DNA from: Candidatus Omnitrophota bacterium
GTDB lineage: Bacteria > Omnitrophota > Gorgyraeia > Tantalellales > Tantalellaceae
NCBI GenBank assembly: GCA_015231405.1
Contig: JADGBR010000017.1
Coordinates: 1,651 to 65,482 of the forward strand
Length of the DNA: 63,832 nt
Reading direction: 5' to 3'
This document shows positions 8,747-17,421 of the stretch, piece by piece. Numbering within the stretch: the first letter of the stretch is position 1; every line of letters starts with the position of its first letter. The notes below the pieces were generated by a model. It worked only from the letters and a program-made list of their open reading frames with translations. It searched no databases and was not told where the DNA came from. The position numbers and the translations under genes are program-made.

Positions 8747-11700
8747 TCGCTAACCTCCCTCTCCACCGTACTCACCCCGTACATCTTCCCCTTCCCGTCG
8801 ACTAGCGCCGTGGCTGTCAGCTGAACTTTGACTATGCGGCCGTCTTTATGGACGCGTTCGGCGGGGTATGGGGCGAGCTTTTCGGCGCGGCTCAGCTGTT
8901 TTACCCTGGATATAGCTTCCCCCCGGTCTGACTCCGGGATAAGTTCCCGGATATCCATCTTGACCGCCTCGGCCTCGGTATAGCCGTACATTTTAACCGC
9001 CCTTGGGTTCCATGCCAGTATCCGCCCCTCAAGGGAATGCGTTATAATAGCGTCCGAAGAGTCGCGGACCACAGCCGCGAGATGCCTGAGCGCCATGGAT
9101 TCGGCGACCGCTTCCCTGGCCTTCTTCATGTCGGTTATGTCGACGAATGTCACGACCGCGCCGTCTATAACGTTCTCGAGCGTGCGATACGGCCGGATAT
9201 TGAGCAGATACCACGCACCCGCCTTGGCCCGGACCTCTATCTCTTTGGGTATCAGCGTTTCAAGTACTTCCCGGATATCCGTCTCCAGAGAGTCATATCC
9301 GTCGATATTGAACGATATATTCCCGACCGGCCTTCCCACATCGGCCGGGATCAGGTTGATCACCTTTATTACGGCCTGGGTGTACCTCTTGATGCGAAGC
9401 GCCCTATCCACAAATATCGTACCTATGCCGGTCGCGGCCAGGAGGTTAGAGAGGTCGTTATTGGCCTGTCCGAGATCCGCCACCTTCGTCTGGAGCTCGG
9501 CGTTGACGGTCGATAGCTCTTCGTTCACGGACTGCAGCTCTTCCTTGGATGTCTCCAACTCCTCGTTGGTGGACTGGAACTCCTCGTTGATGGACTGCAT
9601 CTCCTCGTTCGAGCTCATGAGCTCCTCATTGGCCGTCTCGAGCTCCTCGTTGGCCGCCCGGAGATATTCTTCCTTATCCCTAAGCTCTTTTTTCAGGGCC
9701 ACGACGGTGGTATCCCCGCCAGGGACCTTCTTCCCTATTTTCCCCGGGGTCTCTTTCCCCCGGCGTTTCTCTCCCGCGTCGGGACATTCTTCCAGTACGA
9801 CGAGGAGCAGTTTCGAACCGGCAGGCGCTCCGAGATCCGCGGATAACACCTGTACCGTAAGGTCGACCGGCGTGTACCCTCCGTTGGTCTTGACCCGTAG
9901 TCCTCTATGCCGTACCGGGCCGGCCTGGCCGGCGGCTTTTCGGAGCGCGAGCGCGAGATCCTGGCGCAGCCCTTCCCTGGACATCTTCAGAATATCCATG
10001 CTTGACTCGCCCGGCGCGAGCTCGAAATATTTACCGACCCTCCCGTGGAGATACAGGATCTCGCCGTTTTCGGCGAGTAAAAGCGCCGCCGGGTTATACA
10101 GTCTTACTATCGCGCGTTCAGTCAGCTCCCTGAGTTTTGTCTTCACTTCATCCCTGGTTTTCCCGGTGAGGCGCCCGGCCCCCTCGGAATGAACTTTTAC
10201 GTTCATCCTTATCTCCGGAAGAAGCATCCTGCGGATACTCTCTTTCCGCTCGTATATCTTAGCCTTCCGGTCAAGCGCCGTGAAAAGGTCATGGGACTCG
10301 CCGACCGTCTCGGCCGTTCCCAAAAAAAGTATACCCCTGGGGTTAAGCGCGTAGTTGAATAAAGGCATAAGTTTTTTCTGGAGATCGCCGTTAAGATATA
10401 TGAGGAGGTTCCGGCAGCTTATCATGTCCAGCTTCGAAAAAGGAGGGTCTTTGATAACGTCCTGCTCGGAAAAGACCAGCATATCGCGGATATTCTTATT
10501 GACGCGGTAGGATCCGTCCTGTTCCCTTATGAAGAATCGCGCGAGGCGTTCCGGAGTGACGTCCGCGGCGATCGCGGCGAGATATTTACCGGAACGGGCC
10601 TGATCGATAGCCAAGCCGTCGATATCGGTCGCGAACACCTGTATCTTAAAATTCCTCTTAAGCGCCTCATGCCGTTCATGAAGTAAAATGGCTATCGAAT
10701 AAGCTTCCTCGCCGGTAGAGCATCCCGGCACCCATACCCGTATCGACGACCCATGGGGCTTAGCCTCAAAAAGGCGGGGAATGACGGTTCCCTCTAATGT
10801 CTTGAACACTTCGCGGTCACGAAAAAAATTCGTGACGCCTATCAAAAGGTCCCTGAAAAGCCCGTCCGCCTCGGCCTCAGTCACTTTCAGATATTTCCTG
10901 TACTCTGCCAGTGATCCTATCTGCTGGATAGCCATCCGCCGTTCGATGCGCCGGATGACCGTATTATATTTGTATTGCGAAAAATCGTGTCCCGTCCGCG
11001 TTTCGAGGAGGATGAATATCTTTTTGAGCTCGTTCTCGCACGTCTCCGACAGGCACGGTCCGGGGAGACCCGTTTTATCGAACGACCGCTTCATATAGCT
11101 AACGAGCCTGGCCGGCATCTTTTCCGGAGCGAGCACATAATCCACGAGACCCGTATCGATAACGCTTTTAGGCATGCCGTCATACTCACATGTACCGGGA
11201 TCCTGGGCAATGACGAGGCCTCCTTCCCCTTTAACCGCGCGCGCGCCGAGCGTGCCGTCCATCCCCGTTCCCGAAAGGATGACCGCTATCGCGCGCTCAC
11301 CTTTCTCCCCGGAAACCGAACGGAAGAAATGATCGATAGGCAGTCTCTGCCCCCGGGGGATATCCGGCTCCTCGAGCATCAACTTCCCGTTCGAAAGCGA
11401 CATGTTATGGTTGGGAGGTATTATGTAAACGCGGTCCGGCTCGACAGCCATTCCGTTCCTGACGTCTTCCACCTTCATCCGCGTATAACGTCCGACCAGC
11501 TCGCTCAATATGCTCTTATGCTCGGGGGCGAGGTGCTGGACAATGACAAAAGCCATCCCGGTATCTGTATCGGCAGGCATCCCGGAAAAGAAAGCCTTGA
11601 ACGCCGCGAGGCCCCCCGCGGAAGCGCCGATACAAACGACCGGGATATTATCTAACGGAAGGGCCTTATCAACCGCAGGCAAACCGCTACAAACACGCCT

Positions 11701-11796
11701 TTTAGCGGGATCTCTCTTTTTAAAAGTTTTCGGCTCTTTCTTCATCATCGATCGCCGTTTTTTTAGGCCGGATAACCAGCTCCCTATCCAGCCCAT
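8743..11796 (-). CDS. CheB methylesterase / CheR methyltransferase fusion with coiled coil and C-terminal PAS domains
   Basis: 1017 aa. CheB-like VVCIGASAGGLAAFKAFF and IVQHL. CheR-like TNFFRD and VWVPGCSTGEEAYSIAILL. Heptad-rich NEELETANEELMSSNEEMQSINEEFQSTNEELE. PAS units at the C-terminus. Confidence 0.88.
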   Translation of the reverse strand: MGWIGSWLSGLKKRRSMMKKEPKTFKKRDPAKRRVCSGLPAVDKALPLDNIPVVCIGASAGGLAAFKAFFSGMPADTDTGMAFVIVQHLAPEHKSILSELVGRYTRMKVEDVRNGMAVEPDRVYIIPPNHNMSLSNGKLMLEEPDIPRGQRLPIDHFFRSVSGEKGERAIAVILSGTGMDGTLGARAVKGEGGLVIAQDPGTCEYDGMPKSVIDTGLVDYVLAPEKMPARLVSYMKRSFDKTGLPGPCLSETCENELKKIFILLETRTGHDFSQYKYNTVIRRIERRMAIQQIGSLAEYRKYLKVTEAEADGLFRDLLIGVTNFFRDREVFKTLEGTVIPRLFEAKPHGSSIRVWVPGCSTGEEAYSIAILLHERHEALKRNFKIQVFATDIDGLAIDQARSGKYLAAIAADVTPERLARFFIREQDGSYRVNKNIRDMLVFSEQDVIKDPPFSKLDMISCRNLLIYLNGDLQKKLMPLFNYALNPRGILFLGTAETVGESHDLFTALDRKAKIYERKESIRRMLLPEIRMNVKVHSEGAGRLTGKTRDEVKTKLRELTERAIVRLYNPAALLLAENGEILYLHGRVGKYFELAPGESSMDILKMSREGLRQDLALALRKAAGQAGPVRHRGLRVKTNGGYTPVDLTVQVLSADLGAPAGSKLLLVVLEECPDAGEKRRGKETPGKIGKKVPGGDTTVVALKKELRDKEEYLRAANEELETANEELMSSNEEMQSINEEFQSTNEELETSKEELQSVNEELSTVNAELQTKVADLGQANNDLSNLLAATGIGTIFVDRALRIKRYTQAVIKVINLIPADVGRPVGNISFNIDGYDSLETDIREVLETLIPKEIEVRAKAGAWYLLNIRPYRTLENVIDGAVVTFVDITDMKKAREAVAESMALRHLAAVVRDSSDAIITHSLEGRILAWNPRAVKMYGYTEAEAVKMDIRELIPESDRGEAISRVKQLSRAEKLAPYPAERVHKDGRIVKVQLTATALVDGKGKMYGVSTVEREVSE

Positions 11797-11853
11797 TATC
11801 CCCCTTTTATCCCACCAATGTCAAACATTCCTTTCCACAGAATAGATGATAAT

Positions 11854-11878
11854 GGGGACAGTCCCAGAAGGGACACCC
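11854..11878 (+). repeat. REP copy (RAYT-associated family)
   Basis: GGGGACAGTCCCAGAAGGGACACCC, with one substitution in the loop. The flanking ...CGCACAAA..CAAAAT.. also resembles the flank of the 22516 copy. Confidence 0.8.
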
Positions 11879-12133
11879 TTACGCACAAATTCGAACAAAA
11901 TTCACTTAGTTTTCCTCGACATCTCTCGTCATGCCCTTCCCGGAAAGCTCGCTCGGGCGGCACCCAGACATGAACGCGCCTGTATTTTGAAATTTAGGTT
12001 ATTTGTTGAGATCGCTTCGGGCGATCACGACGGTTCGTCCCACAACTGAACTATTACGTTCTTTCTTTCTCTTTGCGAAGACATATCTTCTTCCTTGCAT
12101 AAAACCCTTTTACCCTTAAAATGATAATCAAAC

Positions 12134-13168
12134 ATGTTAAGAAAAATACTGCTTTCGCTGGTGGCTATCACTTTCTTTCTGGTCTTGCTTGTATCGCTTG
12201 AACTTTGCTATCGTGCCTATTACGAAACCAGAACGAAATCATCAATACGCTCGACGAAGATGGACAATTATCTCGGGTGGGCGCAGGAACCTTTTATAGA
12301 TTCTGAAACACCCATCCCGGGGTACGGCATAGTGAAAAGAACCACCGACAAATACGGATTCAGGGTATTCGGGGATCCGGGCACGAAAAAGACAAAGATC
12401 CTTGTTCTTGGGGATTCATATACCGAAGCCGGGAATGTTTCGGACGGGTACACTTATTACGAAACTATCGCTAAACTGAACCCTAATGTCGAGATATTCG
12501 CTTACGGGGAAGGCGGGTACGGATCTCTCCAGGAATACCTGGTCCTGGACAGGTATTTTGACGAGATAAAACCGGATATCATCATATGGCAGTTCCACTA
12601 TAACGATCTCGTGAACAATTCATATGACCTGGAAATAAGAAGCTATAAGAACAACAACCTCAACTGGAGGCCATATCTCAGGGATGGAAAGATCGAGTAT
12701 TTGTACCCTTACCACAAAAAAGGGCTTCTCGCGCGTTTAAGCAGATATTCCCATGTGGCGAAGAACATCAATATGAAGCTTGATTATCAGAAATTCAAAG
12801 AGCTTGGCACGATCGAGAGCAAAATAACAAAAGGCGACAAACTTTTTGACGAGGCGGCAAGGACGACCGGTGAAATAATGGCTCTTGTCCGGAAAAGGTC
12901 CGGGAATATACCTATCGTGGCTTTCCTGGGAGGCCGGTGGCTGGAGAACTGGCCGGAGGATACTTACGCGAATATTTGCCGCGGCCAGAGGATGTTCTAC
13001 ATCCCGAATATGCAGAATGTCATGTACGACGCCAAAAAAAAAGGGATACAGACCGACGGAGCGCCTTTTGACGGCCATTGGGGCATGAACGGCCACCTGA
13101 TAGCGGGAAGACTGCTGCACGATTTTATGCTAACCCGACGCCTCATTCCCCCTCTGGCCAGGCGTTAA
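12134..13168 (+). CDS. Membrane-anchored SGNH/GDSL-type hydrolase
   Basis: 344 aa with an N-terminal TM helix. Block I is VLGDSYTEAG and block V-like is DGHWG. It looks AT-richer than its neighbours by eye. Confidence 0.55.
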   Translation: MLRKILLSLVAITFFLVLLVSLELCYRAYYETRTKSSIRSTKMDNYLGWAQEPFIDSETPIPGYGIVKRTTDKYGFRVFGDPGTKKTKILVLGDSYTEAGNVSDGYTYYETIAKLNPNVEIFAYGEGGYGSLQEYLVLDRYFDEIKPDIIIWQFHYNDLVNNSYDLEIRSYKNNNLNWRPYLRDGKIEYLYPYHKKGLLARLSRYSHVAKNINMKLDYQKFKELGTIESKITKGDKLFDEAARTTGEIMALVRKRSGNIPIVAFLGGRWLENWPEDTYANICRGQRMFYIPNMQNVMYDAKKKGIQTDGAPFDGHWGMNGHLIAGRLLHDFMLTRRLIPPLARR

Positions 13169-14310
13169 TTCTTCCATATACCCGGGATCTTCTCACCGCA
13201 GGTCCCGCAGGCGCCGTTCTTCATATTTTTTTCCTGTATCGAATACCCGTACCGGCGGATAAGCGTTTTGCCGCATTTCGGGCAATAAGTGTTCTCGGCC
13301 GGATGACCGGACACATTACCGATATAAACATATTTTAACCCGGCAGTCATAGCTATCTTTCTCGCCTTCTCGAGCGTCTCTATGGGGGTCGCCGGGAGAT
13401 TCGCCAGCCGGTACTGGGGGGTGAATTTAGAGAAAAAGACCGGGGTGTCTGGCCCCATATTTTCATAGAGCCATTTACACATCCGCTCTATCTCTTCAAT
13501 ATCGTCGTTCAGTCCCGGGACGACAAGGTTCACCACTTCCACCATTACGCCGAGTTCATGTAATTCCTTTAGCGCCGCGAGGACGTATTTAAGATCGCCT
13601 CCGGTCACTTTCCGATAAAACCGTTCGTTAAAGCCTTTAAGGTCTATTTTAACGACGTCCATATACGGCGCGAGCTTTTTTAAGGGCTCGGGATTTATAT
13701 AACCCGCGCTTACCATGACATTCCTAAGACCCTTTTCTTTCGCGAGTTTGGCGATATCCAGCACGTATTCGTAAAATACCACGGGTTCCGAATAGGTGTA
13801 AGCTATGGATCCGCATTTATTGCGGATAGCGGCGTCCACTATCTCTTTGGGGCTTAATATCTCGGCGTGTTTTCCCGCCTGCTCGGGATAGGTCTGGGAG
13901 ATCTCCCAGTTCTGGCAGAAACTGCATTTTAAATTGCAGCCGACGGTAGCGAGAGAGAAGATGCGGCTTCCCGGAAGCATGTGATAGACCGGCTTTTTCT
14001 CGATGGGGTCGATGTGGACGCTTATGGGCTGGGCGTAAACAAGGGTCCTCAGCTCGCCGCCTGAGTTCATTCGCACCTTGCAAAGCCCCCGGCTTCCCTC
14101 CGGAAGAAAACAGCGGAAAGGGCATAGCTCGCACTCGACGCCTAAACAATCCCGTCTCTGCCAGTCAGCGGTTCTCACACGCGCCGCGTCGACGGGGAAT
14201 ATCCCTCTCGCCGTACCGGGCGGAGGATACGCCGCGATAAGGATGACACACGCTATGGTGAACGTGATATTTAAAGCCAGTACGGTATATGTCCTGATCT
14301 TACCGTTCAT
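13165..14310 (-). CDS. AmmeMemoRadiSam-type radical SAM enzyme (PflA-like) with an N-terminal hydrophobic extension
   Basis: 381 aa. CELCPFRCFLPEGSRGLCKVR, DPIEKKPVYH, GCNLKCSFCQNWEISQ (CX3CX2C), and a C-terminal CPKCG...CGTCG. Confidence 0.75.
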   Translation of the reverse strand: MNGKIRTYTVLALNITFTIACVILIAAYPPPGTARGIFPVDAARVRTADWQRRDCLGVECELCPFRCFLPEGSRGLCKVRMNSGGELRTLVYAQPISVHIDPIEKKPVYHMLPGSRIFSLATVGCNLKCSFCQNWEISQTYPEQAGKHAEILSPKEIVDAAIRNKCGSIAYTYSEPVVFYEYVLDIAKLAKEKGLRNVMVSAGYINPEPLKKLAPYMDVVKIDLKGFNERFYRKVTGGDLKYVLAALKELHELGVMVEVVNLVVPGLNDDIEEIERMCKWLYENMGPDTPVFFSKFTPQYRLANLPATPIETLEKARKIAMTAGLKYVYIGNVSGHPAENTYCPKCGKTLIRRYGYSIQEKNMKNGACGTCGEKIPGIWKN

Positions 14311-14391
14311 ATCTTCTTTCCTTTAATGGTTCGTTCATGACGACTGACTCTAAGCTAAACCCGAACCCGTCAATGCTCGGAAGCGAAAGCC

Positions 14392-14475
14392 CGTCATTGC
14401 GAACCCCGCGCAAGCGGGGTGAAGCAATCTCTATATAGATCGCTTCGTCGTCCTCTGGGCCTCCTCGCAATGACG
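14392..14475. repeat. Nested-palindrome repeat (GTCATTGCGAG family), copy 3
   Basis: CGTCATTGCGAACCCCGCGCAAGCGGGGTGAAGCAATCTCTATATAGATCGCTTCG...CCTCGCAATGACGG. The 3' end of ORF 14394..16670 reads through it. Confidence 0.85.
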
Positions 14476-16670
14476 GCGGCCACTCCTGTCACGCCGATAA
14501 CCGCCGACACATAGAGCACCCCTATAACGCCGCAATAAGGCGTTATGAAATTAGCTATGAATAACGCTCCGAGCGCCGCGCCCCAGAGGTCAGAAGCGTA
14601 AATATTCCCCGCATTTCTCATTACATCTTCCCCGCGCGACGCGAAACCCGCAATGACAAAAGCCGCGCCGAGAATGCCTCCGGTAAGAGCCATAAGCGTT
14701 ATGAACACCGCCAGGTCCCAAAGCGCCGGTAAGTCTAAAAGTCCCGGCAAAAGACGCGCCGCGAGAAGCGACAACCCCGTTATGGCCAGGGTCAATCCCT
14801 CGAGGACGAGAAAATTCCCGCGCCGGGAATCATTATTGAAAAACCCGCCTACAAACGACCCAGCGGACGCTCCGACCATGAATGACGCGAAAAGGACGCC
14901 CATACGCCAATAAACATTGCCCGAAATTATCTGGTACGAAAGTAAGAACGTCAGTTCGAGGAGCATCCCGATGAAACCCAGAACAAAAATGAGGACAGCT
15001 TCTTTTTCCATTAAAAACGCGCCGAACGCTCTTCTTTTTTTAAAGGCCGCGAACACGGCCAGAACGAGAACGGCGCCCGCCATCAGGTCCCGGTACGGCG
15101 AAGCGAATTTGTCCAGCCAGTGCCCGGCAAAATAGTACGAGGCGGTCGGTTTCAGGTCCCGGTTAACGCGGGCCTCGGGTGTCTTACCCAAAAGCTCTTT
15201 GAGTTCCGCGCGCCGCGCCGGATCGAGCTTATATTCGATATATGACGGGATAAAGTACTCATTTATTATGGATCTAGTCCCGAACCGTTCAAGAAATGTC
15301 TTATTATCCGTATCTATCGCTTCCCTCCCCGAAAGGAACATGAGGTTATCTCCGGGAATGACCTCCACAAACCTGAACACCGACTTTAACGTATTGTAAA
15401 CCGAGGCGTTGAATATCCTGGTCGCCATGGAAAGATAATTTTCCGAGGAGACAACGCTTAACCCGAGGATGCCGCCCGGAGCCAGGATGTCACTTATCCG
15501 GCCGTAGAATTCTCTTGTGAAATACCGGTTCATTTTAAGGTTCGGCACACCCGGGATATTGATGATCACGGCGTCGTATTTCTCTTTCGTATCCCTTATG
15601 AAAATACGGGGATCACCGTAATGGATATGGACGGCCGGGTCCTTTAAAGCCCGGATATCCTCATGCTCGAGAAATTGTCCGGCCACGGCGTCGAATGAAT
15701 TGTCGGCCGCGGCATGATCCACGCGTAGAGGTCCGTGCTTGAGGACTTCTTTGACGATACCGGGAGATGAATCGCCTATTATCAGTACACGGACCGGTTT
15801 CGCGTTCGCGAGAAGCGGCCAGTGGGCCGCCGGCTCATACCCCTCGGGGTCGGGGAAACTCGCCGAGAGCATGCCGTCCGAGAAAACAGTCGTTATGCTT
15901 CCCATCTTAACGACGGCAAGCGTCGCGTTCCTCGCCTCTTTCCCGGCGATGAACTCATATTTATTCCATTCAAACCTGTTCACCGCCGGCTCAATCCTCT
16001 GTAAAACGAATAATCCCAAAAGAGCCGCCAGGACAGGCAGAACGCGTAGCGGGAATATTTTTTTCGGCATAAGCGCGAAACTCACTAAAATACATCCCAG
16101 TGACAATGCCAGGACCATGGCAAACTGAGGCACGCGCCCGATAAGAAGATAAGTGAATATCACTCCCCCTATAACCGCGCCAAGGGACTCGAATAGATAT
16201 ACCCGGCCCACAGCCGTTCCTCTTTTTGCCGTATACGGCGCCGCGGCTGAAGCTAAACTGAAGAGACTTCCTATCACCGCGCAAAGAACGCTCATCACGG
16301 CGAAGGTGTAGATCACCGTCCCGACCGGCCCGATAAATTCCCCGAAGCTGAAGACGCTTTTACTCGCCCTTATTAAGAGCACTATCGCCGGGAATAACAA
16401 AGATACCGCCAAAAACCCGTATGAAAAATATTCCGGGACCCGACGTGCGCGGACAGGCAAACGGCGCGCGGCGAAGCTCCCCATGCCCACCCAAAATAGC
16501 CATGAGGCGAGAAATGTCCCGAGAAAAAGCTCGTTACCGTAAAAGAGCACGGCGAGCTCCCTGAAGACGATGAGCTGGGCGATCATCGCCAAAAAACCGT
16601 AATAGATGACCGTAAGGTTATACATGTTCTTATTGTCCCCGCCATTGTGGGCCAAGAGTAAGCCCGTCAT
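14394..16670 (-). CDS. Fused polytopic membrane domain / spermidine-synthase-like (class I MTase fold) protein
   Basis: 758 aa. It has many TM helices on both sides of a soluble core with VLIIGDSSPGIVKEVLKH and YDAVIINIPG. The probable true start is ATG 16625 (MYNLTVIYYGF). Both track ends (MTGLLLAH... and ...RSDLYRDCFTPLARGSQ) are repeat-encoded. Confidence 0.7.
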   Translation of the reverse strand: MTGLLLAHNGGDNKNMYNLTVIYYGFLAMIAQLIVFRELAVLFYGNELFLGTFLASWLFWVGMGSFAARRLPVRARRVPEYFSYGFLAVSLLFPAIVLLIRASKSVFSFGEFIGPVGTVIYTFAVMSVLCAVIGSLFSLASAAAPYTAKRGTAVGRVYLFESLGAVIGGVIFTYLLIGRVPQFAMVLALSLGCILVSFALMPKKIFPLRVLPVLAALLGLFVLQRIEPAVNRFEWNKYEFIAGKEARNATLAVVKMGSITTVFSDGMLSASFPDPEGYEPAAHWPLLANAKPVRVLIIGDSSPGIVKEVLKHGPLRVDHAAADNSFDAVAGQFLEHEDIRALKDPAVHIHYGDPRIFIRDTKEKYDAVIINIPGVPNLKMNRYFTREFYGRISDILAPGGILGLSVVSSENYLSMATRIFNASVYNTLKSVFRFVEVIPGDNLMFLSGREAIDTDNKTFLERFGTRSIINEYFIPSYIEYKLDPARRAELKELLGKTPEARVNRDLKPTASYYFAGHWLDKFASPYRDLMAGAVLVLAVFAAFKKRRAFGAFLMEKEAVLIFVLGFIGMLLELTFLLSYQIISGNVYWRMGVLFASFMVGASAGSFVGGFFNNDSRRGNFLVLEGLTLAITGLSLLAARLLPGLLDLPALWDLAVFITLMALTGGILGAAFVIAGFASRGEDVMRNAGNIYASDLWGAALGALFIANFITPYCGVIGVLYVSAVIGVTGVAAVIARRPRGRRSDLYRDCFTPLARGSQ

Positions 16671-16790
16671 TGCGTGTTACGCATAAGACCGTCATTGCGA
16701 GCGAAGCGAAGCAATCTCTATATGGATCGCTTCGTCGGCCTTCGGCCTCCTCGCAATGACGCCGTCATTTCCTCCTCGCTATGACAACGC
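16664..16790. repeat. Nested-palindrome repeat (GTCATTGCGAG family), copy 4 (with an extra half-site)
   Basis: CGTCATTGCGTGTTACGCATAAGACCGTCATTGCGAGCGAAGCGAAGCAATCTCTATATGGATCGCTTCG...CCTCGCAATGACGCCGTCATTTCCTCCTCGCTATGAC. Confidence 0.85.
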
Positions 16791-16797
16791 CATTTAC

Positions 16798-17421
16798 TCA
16801 TCGCAATAAACCCGCTATTCCTACTACCAGGAACCAAACCCCCGAAAGAAAAGCCACCATCATCCCTATTTGTTTTATCCTTTCGCCCCGGGCCAGGTAC
16901 GGGACAAAGATCAAAGGGGCCATATAAACGGACGTTCCGGCGAAGAACGCGGCGAAGAATACCGCGCCTCCGGATACATCCGCCATCGTTAATATCCTGC
17001 TGGCGCCAAGGAGAAACGGCGGACACGGGTTCAGTCCCGTGAATAGCCCCAGAAAAAAAGGCACACGGGCCAGACGTGAACGGGAGACATAAGAGGAACA
17101 AGCTCCGTCGTGCCGCCCCTTAATAAGATTGGCGACAGAATAACCCAGCATCAGTAATGACGCCCCAATCAGACAAATATGCGATGCCCCGGACGTGAAG
17201 ACGTCCCTGTACGCGTTCCCGATAAGACCTATGATCAGCGCGAAAGCTATATACGCTATGAACCGGCCGGCTAGGAACGACGTTATTTTCCTCACATTCG
17301 AAGGGATCTTCCTCTCACCCTCGGCCATGAGATAAGGCATAAAGAAGGCAAGGCATGACCCCGCGCAGTAAATACCGGCGGAGAGCCCTAAGGCGAACCC
17401 TTCCAGTAATATCCGCGTCAT
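16798..17421 (-). CDS. Cys-containing polytopic membrane protein (DsbD_2/TauE-like)
   Basis: 207 aa, about 6 TM helices. GLSAGIYCAGSC near the N-terminus and GLNPCPPF in a later helix. It has a 4-bp overlap with the upstream polyferredoxin gene. Confidence 0.4.
   Translation of the reverse strand: MTRILLEGFALGLSAGIYCAGSCLAFFMPYLMAEGERKIPSNVRKITSFLAGRFIAYIAFALIIGLIGNAYRDVFTSGASHICLIGASLLMLGYSVANLIKGRHDGACSSYVSRSRLARVPFFLGLFTGLNPCPPFLLGASRILTMADVSGGAVFFAAFFAGTSVYMAPLIFVPYLARGERIKQIGMMVAFLSGVWFLVVGIAGLLR

Noticed and set aside
4282-10192. Long plus-strand ORFs antisense to the kinase and CheB/CheR genes (for example 4282..5019, 7570..8214, 9095..10192).
   Set aside because: They lie entirely inside well-supported minus-strand genes. 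Their translations are Ser/Pro/Arg/Leu-rich low-complexity strings typical of antisense frames, they have no RBS, and they have no family motifs.
11846-12049. Small ORFs 11846..12049 (+) and 23229..23420 (+) containing GTVPEGTP / GCPFWDCP peptides.
   Set aside because: The peptides are translations of the REP sequence itself. The ORFs sit in intergenic spacers and have no RBS or coding periodicity.
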